This document shows, in pieces, positions 54,960 through 64,000 of a stretch of DNA of 64,000 bases. Made by a program: the position numbers and the translations under genes. The notes under the pieces are model-generated. The model was given only the letters and a program-made list of their open reading frames with translations. It did no database searches and was not told where the DNA came from. The stretch's first letter is position 1, and each line of letters begins with the position of its first letter. Source of the stretch: Eledone cirrhosa (Eukaryota). The stretch spans positions 7,378,001 to 7,442,000 of the forward strand of contig OZ024764.1 in assembly GCA_964016885.1 (NCBI GenBank), in the 5' to 3' direction.

Positions 54960-55445
54960 ATAATAATTGTTTCTACGTTAGGCACAAGGCCAGCAAATTA
55001 CCCAGTACATTACTGGTACTTTATTTACCACAAAAGTTATAATAATAATAATTGTTTCTACTTTTGGCACAAGGCCAGCAATAATCTCGGTGTATTACTG
55101 GTACTTTATGTTATCGACCTCTTAAGGATGAAAGGCAAAGTTAACCTCGGCGGGATTTGAACTGAGACCGTAAAGGGACGTAACTATGCTGGAAAGCATG
55201 GCGTCCGACCCTCTACTGATACTGCCAATTCCCTGCCCTTTGAAACATAATTGTCTCTACTTTTGGCACAAGGCCAGCAATTACCCAGTGCATTACTGGT
55301 ACTTTGTTTTATCGACCTCGTAAGGATGAAAGGCAAAGTTAACCTCGGCGGGATTTGAACTGAGACCGTAAAGGGACGTAACTATGCTGGAAAGCATGGC
55401 GTCCGACCCTCTACTGATACTGCCAATTCCCTGCCCTCTTTGAAA
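54960..55445 (-). mobile_element. Cluster of tandem SINE family A copies
   Basis: Two near-identical copies (55050-55245, 55250-55440) plus fragments. Confidence 0.85.
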
Positions 55446-55752
55446 CATAATGAAACACACACACATACATATATATATAAACAAGAAGTGTAAGTCAACA
55501 GGTTAAAATTAAGTTTGTTTAATCATATTCACTGTTATATATATTTCGTGATAACCAATATTCAACAGCTATGACCTCATCAGGCAGCTAGAACTTGAAA
55601 CAGAAAAAAATAGAAAAACAATGATGGAACCAAGTTTACCTCCGTTATTTCGATCTTTTGATATGCCCAGTCCCGAAGTATGATGTTGTTTTCTATGACA
55701 AAAATTGCATTATATTTTGACTCACCCGTGTATGTGTGAGAATGTGAGTGTG

Positions 55753-55786
<34 letters not shown>

Positions 55787-55787
55787 T

Positions 55788-55824
<37 letters not shown>

Positions 55825-55842
55825 TGTGTGTGTATATATATA

Positions 55843-56800
<958 letters not shown>

Positions 56801-56954
56801 TGTGTGTGTGTGTATATATATATATAGGCATACATGACTTTTAACGGTCTGAAAAATGAAAGTAAATTTATTTTCATTTTCAACGTCATGAAAATGAAAC
56901 TACATTTAATGTCATTAATTGTTTTCATTTTTGATTGTAAATGTTGTTGATACT

Positions 56955-57183
56955 GTCCATTCTGTTATGGCTTGATTCAAGCCATAATAGAATGGACTGG
57001 GGTCATAAAAAGGGCAGAGAATGAGAACGGATTGGGGTCAGAAGGGCAGAGAATGAGAACGGATTGGGGTCAGAAGGGCAGAGAATGAGAACGGATTGGG
57101 GTCAGAAGGGCAGAGAATGAGAACGGATTGGGGTCAGAAGGGCAGAGAATGAGAACGGATTGGGGTCAGAAGGGCAGAGAATA
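56955..57183. repeat. 43-bp palindrome followed by five 32-bp direct repeats
   Basis: GTCCATTCTGTTATGGCTTGA-T-TCAAGCCATAATAGAATGGAC, then (GAAGGGCAGAGAATGAGAACGGATTGGGGTCA)n. Confidence 0.9.
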
Positions 57184-57239
57184 GTCTTTATTTAAAACAA
57201 AGCACCACAGGGCATGATTTTACTACAATCTCATAGCAA

Positions 57240-57659
57240 ATGTCTGGACGAGTATATGGACGCATTACCGTAGCTGATGATCTTTTCGATACAAATGATA
57301 TACTTAATCATAATGAAACCATATATACACTAATACCTGCGATACCACTCAGTCCAGACTTCATTAAACATTTTCATGGAATGGCTTAAACACCACCACA
57401 TTGATCACAAAAAATTTGCACAAGAGACTTTCGAAGTGTGCCACAAGATCAATCCGAAAATCAGCGGTCTGCACATAACTGGAGTTTCAAATTCTGATAA
57501 ACCTTACGTCCTGAGATCTATACGGAATGGACTCATTAACAGTGGAAAAATGCGATGCCAGGCAGCCGACAGCTTCACGTTCGGTAGTTGTGCGGATAAA
57601 CGGCTAATCTATACTGACGAGATGTGGTTCACCAACAATAACATCGAGGAGGGTAAATG
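57240..57659 (+). pseudogene. Endogenous parvovirus-like NS1 SF3 helicase fragment
   Basis: PKISGLHITGVSNSDK (Walker A with G to D), FTFGSCADKRLIYTDE (Walker B), NNIEEGKC (start of motif B'). Confidence 0.78.
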
Positions 57660-58045
57660 TGTAGTGACCTACATTCCGCGGGCTCACATACATTCTCTGT
57701 GCGTGATTTGGCTCAGTTCAGCCAATCAGCGCCAGTAGAAGAGGATGTCTCCCTACGCGCCCTGAGGAAGAAATTCCCCGCGAAGATTTGAAGAATCTCT
57801 CTCTTGTACTAGAAACTTCGAGCCAGCAACACGCATAATGTAGCAGTGAGATATTGCACCACTAGCCTCGCTGGCTTAACGGCGCAATGGCACATTCCCT
57901 TTTGTAACCTCTTTTTATCTGTAACTTCAACCATATAAATAAACAAAGATTTCATCTCTAATTACTGCGGTTGAAGTCGTTATGTTACTCGTGTCTCAAT
58001 AACAACTTTAATCCATGCTGCTGGAATTGGCGACCTGACGAAAGG
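57660..58045 (+). mobile_element. LTR-like repeat interrupting the NS1 fragment
   Basis: Starts TGTAGTG, AATAAA at ~57938, PBS-like TGGCGACC at ~58028; inverted partial copy at 60130-60288. Confidence 0.55.
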
Positions 58046-58074
58046 AATATTGTAAATAGATGGTAAATAGATCG

Positions 58075-58620
58075 AGGGACCTTCCCTCACGTCTATGTCA
58101 ACAAGATAATCCAACGAGGATACTATCACTTACCACACTGGCAACTAACGACCACTGATACTACCACCCTGCTAAAGTGGCGACTACTCTATAACTAATA
58201 CTGCTAAAAATGTATCCTGGAGGGTACTGAAACCTACATTAATGTCAAGCATCAGCAAGAACGTATACTTAAAAGAACTCCAAGCCTATCAACCAGTAAT
58301 ACAGATCCCAGTAGATAAAACTGAAGAGGAAGAAAATACGGGTAGATCACATCTAACACAGTTTCCTATAAATCCATCAAATCCTCCACCAATAGCTACT
58401 TTAGACTCAGTACCTATATTAGATTCACAAAATAACCCATCAAAAATATCATTTATGATAACGATAACTTATTATTCAGAAGTAGATTTCGAATACATAT
58501 CGGGAAGTCCTCAAACAATGGGTTGGATGGCTTGGGGTACAGCTAACGCAACAATAATGAATTCAGCTAAAACTAACTTATGTAAATGGCCACAAGATTT
58601 ACGTAATTATGAAATAACTT
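58075..58620 (+). pseudogene. Putative parvoviral capsid C-terminal fragment
   Basis: PPPIATLDSVPILDSQNNPSKISFMITITYYSEVDFE resembles the terminal jelly-roll strands of densovirus VP; lies among NS1 pieces. Confidence 0.45.
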
Positions 58621-58624
58621 TTTA

Positions 58625-58805
58625 TACTTTTGGCACAAGGCCAGCAATTACCCAGTGCATTACTGGTACTTTATTTTATCGACCCCGTAAGGATGAAAGG
58701 CAAAGTTAACCCCGGCGGGATTTGAACTCAGAATGGAAAGGGCCGTAACTCTATGCGTCAAAGCATGGAGTCCGACCCTCTATCGATACTGCCAATCCAC
58801 AGCCC
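58625..58805 (-). mobile_element. SINE family A copy
   Basis: Same sequence as 38830-39015. Confidence 0.85.
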
Positions 58806-58929
58806 TTTCCTATAAATCTATCAAATCCTCCACCAATAGCTACTTTAGACTCAGTACCTATATTAGATTCACAAAATAACCCATCAAAAATATCATTTAT
58901 GATAACGATAACTTATTACTCAGAAGTAT

Positions 58930-59280
58930 ATGAAATAACGAGAGTTGGTAAAACTCGCCAAGCACATCGTTAAAGTAGTATTACAATGTAACCATTTTCC
59001 ATTTCAGAACGTTGGGCACAAATTATACATGTGCATCTATCCATGGATAGACACAAACGATTACTATTGGGACAAAGGATTAGTGCCCATAAAACATTTC
59101 CAACTGAACATAAACGAATACAACGACGACGAAACCCGAAAAAACATCTCCCAAATAAGCAGCAATTACAAATTGAAGGAGTTCATTCACTGTCAGGGAG
59201 CGACAGTCATATACCATCCGAAAAATAACATAATATGCCAAAAGAAAGAGTGGAATGCGTTTAACCACTTTCATATAATA
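58930..59280 (+). pseudogene. Putative NS1 N-terminal HUH endonuclease fragment
   Basis: Open frame ending NHFHII (HUH followed by hydrophobic residues), cut by a Helitron end. Confidence 0.5.
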
Positions 59281-59460
59281 CTAGCAGTAAAGCCTGGCGT
59301 TGCTCGGGGTCGCTCAGTAGCTGTGTTAAAGTTACAATGTTAAGTTTCTTTTTTGGCTTAAAGTCTGTCTGCACGACTGTCTGTCTGCACGCCTAACGAA
59401 ATTTACAGATACATATATTTTAAATAAACTTATATAATTTTTGCTTTTTTTTACGAAATA
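59281..59460 (-). mobile_element. Helitron-like 3' end
   Basis: A|CTAGCAGTAAAGCCTGGCGTTGCTCGGG is the reverse complement of hairpin + CTAG; CTGT repeats follow. The far boundary is uncertain. Confidence 0.6.
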
Positions 59461-60129
59461 TTTGCTTGTTTTACGTAGTCTTTAAATAGACTTGTTTTCA
59501 AGTAAAAATATTGTTTTAAAAGGCTTTTAAATGGAAATGAAGCAAAACGGAAGCTTAGTGTTCGAACTGATGAATTTTGCAGGTCAAAATTTTGCTGGCT
59601 CGACAACTGTTCGTGTATTGTGTTAATGTCATTTTAAACGCTGAGAAAGCCAGCGTAATTTTTTTAATTATTGCACGCAGAAAATGTAAACAGAACAAAG
59701 GGAAATAACTCGTCACTTACGTTCAAAAATCGATACATTAGATTCGACCAGGAGAAAATCAATATGTATTGTATTTTTATTATTAAAAAAACAAAAAAGA
59801 CTGGGGAAAGGAGGAACTGAATCCACTTATGTGGTTAACAGTATGTAAGCCATTTATCGACAAGTATTTAGCAGAAGTATATTTAGAAGTTGTAATGTTG
59901 CCACGAGGAACCACCTTTGGTAGAAAGATATGATAGGAATAAGGACAACAACTTTAGCATGTTTTACATTATTTATTAACAAAGGTTGAGCTGGCATGCC
60001 AAGAGAAATAAAACAAACGAATTAAGATTTCAGAAAGGCACGGTCTACTGGCTGTTCAAGTTTTGCCAGGCCGTGGTTAAATTGTTGTGTTACATATTGG
60101 CTAGTGATTTCACGGCGAAAGAAAAGTAG

Positions 60130-60288
60130 TCGGTCGAGCTGCAAGAGAGAGATTCTTCAAATCTTTGCGGGTAATTTCTCCCTCAGGACGCATAGGGATA
60201 CATCCTCTTCTACTGGCGCTGATTGGCTGAGCTGAGCCAAATCACGCACAGAGAATGTATGTGAGCCCGCGGAATGTAGGTCACTACA
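60130..60288 (-). mobile_element. Inverted partial copy of the LTR-like repeat
   Basis: Reverse complement of 57660-57820. Confidence 0.75.
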
Positions 60289-60651
60289 AGTATATTGACC
60301 ACAAATATACTGAGATATATACTGCTGTAAATACAACACCAGACTCCACTCTGTACACTATAATACCTTCTGATTTCGACTCACCGAAAACTAAGAGTCA
60401 CGTCAACAGAGTAAAGAGAAAATTAGATAACAGTATCACAAGGAGCACTGGGAAACCCCTCTAATAATTTTTGAGGCAACCCAGCATGGGCAACGCAGAC
60501 GGTTCCAAGATTGAGAGGATGTTTGCTAGGGCCAAAGCTCTCTTGAGAATAAGGGTTAGCTCTGTGTGATGCGTGGAGCAAGAGTAAATATTTATATTTA
60601 GCTTTCTTTAAAATATTTTCATTATTTAGAAATATTTTTAAAGGTAATAGG

Positions 60652-60960
60652 ATCATCATCATCATCACCGTTTTACGTCCGTTCTTCCACGCTAGCATGG
60701 GTTAGACGGGTTGTCCTGTTGTGTGCAGTGTCTGGTCGGCTGACCATGCCTTGCTCATACAGGAACTGATCTGGCTTGATTTCTACAGCTGGATGCCCTT
60801 CCTAACACCAACCTCATTTACAGTGAGTGCTGGGTGCTTTTTCGTGGCGCCTACACGTCCACTTTACAGTGTGGGCTGGGTGCTTTTTTGCCGTGGCACC
60901 TCCACGACCACCTTGCGGTGGGGGGTGTGGGGGCATATTGTTTATATGCTTCAGCATGTA
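60652..60960 (-). mobile_element. SINE family B / RTE-tail element
   Basis: Inverted homolog of 39460-39755; (CAT)n tail. Confidence 0.7.
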
Positions 60961-61111
60961 CCCATGGGAGGATATATATATATATATGAACAGCTAAAAT
61001 AGAGAATTTATCTGGAGCAAAAGCAGGTTTACAGATAAAGGATAACATAACTGATAAGAAACTACATGAAGCTGTTTCATAGTAAGTTTACAACAATTAT
61101 TTCTATTACCA

Positions 61112-61420
61112 ATGTATCAGGTGATGTTCCTGGTGGTGAGGCTGCTTAGCTATTCCAGTCTTGATAACTACTTTCGACCTGAGCAGCCTAACAATACTGA
61201 TAATAGCGTGGATAATAATATGGCTAGCATGGGGACGGATGACGGAGGTGGTGGATGGGGTGGTACAGCACATGGTCAAGGTGCTACCATACCTCCACCT
61301 ACAGGACCTTACAGAAAAACGATCACATTCACTCGAAAGTATCATAACTGTGTGAAAAGCACAGATATGAATAAAGCAGTAGGTAAATTCGAAGTGTTAC
61401 AATTAGCACAAGACGATTAG
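61112..61420 (+). pseudogene. Putative parvoviral capsid N-terminal fragment
   Basis: MASMGTDDGGGGWGGTAHGQGATIPPPTGPYRKTITFTRKY: Gly-rich tract followed by a beta-B-like strand. Confidence 0.6.
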
Positions 61421-61645
61421 CACAAGATATATAAAATAATATTACCGGTTTCGATGTTATCCATCTTATCAAATATTAAAAATCAAGAGTTGAAGTAGGT
61501 CTGTTCATATTTTGTGTTGGGATGGTGAATATATATACATATATATAGTCTATTGGATATGGTCACTAATATAAAATTAAAAAAAACACTGATACCACAA
61601 CAAATTCGAACAGAGCCTGAAAATAACTAATTCCACCACAGCCAA

Positions 61646-62258
61646 GTACAATCTTATAACCAGAATATAGAAAGGCTATGCAAAAACATTGAGAAATGTT
61701 TTAGCGAACTGGGTCTGAAAATAACGAATGAGTACAATCTTATAACCAGAATATAGAAAGGCTACGCAAAAACATTGAGAAATGTTTTAGCGAACTGGGT
61801 CTGAAAATAACGAATGAGTACAATCTTATAACCAGAATATAGAAAGGCTACGCAAAAACATTGAGAAATGTTTTTGCGAACTGGGTCTGAAAATAACGAA
61901 TGAGTACAATCTTATAACCAGAATATAGAAAGGCTACGCAAAAACATTGAGAAATGTTTTAGCGAACTGGGTCTGAAAATAACGAATGAGTACAATCTTA
62001 TAACCAGAATATAGAAAGGCTACGCAAAAACATTGAGAAATGTTTTAGCGAACTGGGTCTGAAAATAACGAATGAGTACAATCTTATAACCAGAATATAG
62101 AAAGGCTACGCAAAAACATTGAGAAATGTTTTAGCGAACTGGGTCTGAAAATAACGAATGAGTACAATCTTATAACCAGAATATAGAAAGGCTACGCAAA
62201 AACATTGAGAAATGTTTTAGCGAACTGGGTCTGAAAATAACGTATGAGTACAATCTTA
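61646..62258. repeat. 86-bp tandem repeat, 7 copies, from a Penelope RT
   Basis: Period 86 (61646 to 61732); encodes QNIERLRKNIEKCFSELGLKIT. Confidence 0.94.
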
Positions 62259-62422
62259 AAGAAGTGAATTTTCTAGACGTAACTCTTAATTTGAAGCCAG
62301 GATTGATACGGCCCTTCCACAAGATAAACGAGAACCTTACCTATATTAATTACAACTCAAATCATCCACTTTCCATGATTAAATCGGTTCCTCGTAGTAT
62401 TTCTCTCAGAATCTCTCGCCTA
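62175..62422 (+). mobile_element. Penelope-like RT fragment
   Basis: GLKITYEYNLKEVNFLDVTLNL...YINYNSNHP...VPRSISLRISRL. Confidence 0.82.
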
Positions 62423-62520
62423 GTGTGCTCAATGTTGGTTTCTCGGCTTGAAAGACATCCATTTTTGCATCGACTCATTACGTATGATGAGAAATGGATA
62501 CTCTTCGATAACAGCATGAG
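62423..62520 (+). mobile_element. mariner transposase fragment
   Basis: PFLHRLITYDEKWILFDN (first catalytic Asp motif). Confidence 0.75.
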
Positions 62521-62558
62521 CAGGGGGGGGGGGGGGGTAGAGGGTCTAAAACAAAATA

Positions 62559-64000
62559 CCTCACTACATCTGGCCTGATTGTGGAGCAGACGTGAATAGT
62601 AGGGATGTTGAGGGTAACACCTCACTACATCTGTCCTGACTGAGGAGCAGACCTGAATATTGGGGATGTTGAGGGTAACACCTCACTACATCTGTCCTGA
62701 CTGAGGAGCAGACCTGAATATTGGGGATTTTGATGGTAACACCTCACTACATCTGACCTGACAGAGGAGCAGACCCGAATATTAGGGATTTTTAGGGTAA
62801 GACCTCACTACATCTGTCCTGACTGAGGAGCAGACCTGAATATTGGGGATGTTGAGGGTAACACCTCACTACATGTCCTGACTGAGGAGCAGACCTGAAT
62901 ATTGGGGATGTTGAGGGTAACACCTCACTACATCTGGCCTGAGGAGCAGACCTGAATATTGGGGTTTTTGAGGGTAACACCTCACTACATCTGGCCTGAG
63001 GAGCAGACCTGAATATTGGGGATGTTGAGGGTAACACCTCACTACATCTGTCCTGACTGAGGAGCAGACCTGAATATTGGGGATGTTGAGGGTAACACCT
63101 CACTACATCTGTCCTGACTGAGGAGCAGACCTGAATATTGGGGATGTTGAGGGTAACACCTCACTACATCTGTCCTGACTGAGGAGCAGACCTGAATATT
63201 GGGGATGTTGAGGGTAACACCTCACTACATCTGTCCTGACTGAGGAGCAGACCTGAATATTGGGGATGTTGAGGGTAACACCTCACTACATCTGTCCTGA
63301 CTGAGGAGCAGACCTGAATATTGGGGATGTTGAGGGTAACACCTCACTACATCTGGCCTGACTGTGGAGCAGACCTGAATATTGGGGATTTTGAGGGTAA
63401 CACCTCACTACATCTGACCTGACAGAGGAGCAGACCCGAATGTTAGGGATTTTGAGAGTAAGACCTCACTACATCTGTCCTGACTGAGGAGCAGACCTGA
63501 ATATTGGGGATGTTGAGGGTAACACCTCACTACATCTGGCCTGAGGAGCAGACCTGAATATTGGGGATGTTGAGGGTAACACCTCACTACATCTGTCCTG
63601 ACTGAGGAGCAGACCTGAATATTAGGGATGTTGAGGGTAACACCTTACTACATCTGTCCTGACTGAGGAGCAGACCTGAATATTGGGGATGTTGAGGGTA
63701 ACACCTCACTACATCTGGCCTGACTGAGGAGCAGACCTGAATATTGGGGATTTTGAGGGTAACACCTCACTACATCTGTCCTGACTGAGGAGCAGACCCG
63801 AATATTGGGGATGTTGAGGGGTAACACCTCACTACATCTGGCCTGACTGTGGAGCAGACCTGAATATTGGGGATTTTGAGGGTAACACCTCACTACATCT
63901 GACCTGACAGAGGAGCAGACCCGAATGTTAGGGATTTTGAGGGTAAGACCTCACTACATCTGTCCTGACTGAGGAGCAGACCTGAATATTAGGAATTTTG
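62559..64000. repeat. 61-bp satellite, ~23 copies, runs off the window end
   Basis: CCTCACTACATCTGTCCTGACTGAGGAGCAGACCTGAATATTGGGGATGTTGAGGGTAACA, period 61 (63061 to 63122). Confidence 0.96.

Noticed and set aside
62559-64000. Tandem hammerhead ribozymes (CTGAGGA matches CUGANGA)
   Set aside because: No GAAA core after a stem II and no convincing three-helix fold.

Overview
Repeat-dense eukaryotic DNA, most likely an octopus/coleoid cephalopod genome (inferred from the [17 protein letters not shown]-type C2H2 arrays and the SINE/RTE families; not confirmed by any search). It holds a tandemly duplicated C2H2 zinc-finger locus on the minus strand: one intact 10-finger ORF at 23940-24824, one copy interrupted by a stop and frameshifts at 4279-5896, and a decayed plus-strand remnant at ~38.5-40.2 kb. 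Transposon relics include CR1, RTE, CRE-like, Penelope, maT/mariner, Helitron, a piggyBac-like MITE, an LTR-like repeat and tRNA-derived SINEs. There are more than 15 tandem arrays. Highlights: (i) scrambled, co-oriented fragments of a parvovirus/densovirus-like genome (NS1 SF3 helicase, HUH nuclease, capsid) at 57.2-61.4 kb; (ii) many large satellites are in-situ amplifications of 60-135 bp pieces of transposons, two of them from the same RTE LRW(Y/F)GHV motif; (iii) an unidentified ~75-codon module in three copies with a protein-level conservation signal; (iv) two adjacent long hairpins; (v) an array of a constant 43-bp repeat with microsatellite spacers. Most long ORFs in the track are artefacts of stop-poor repeats.
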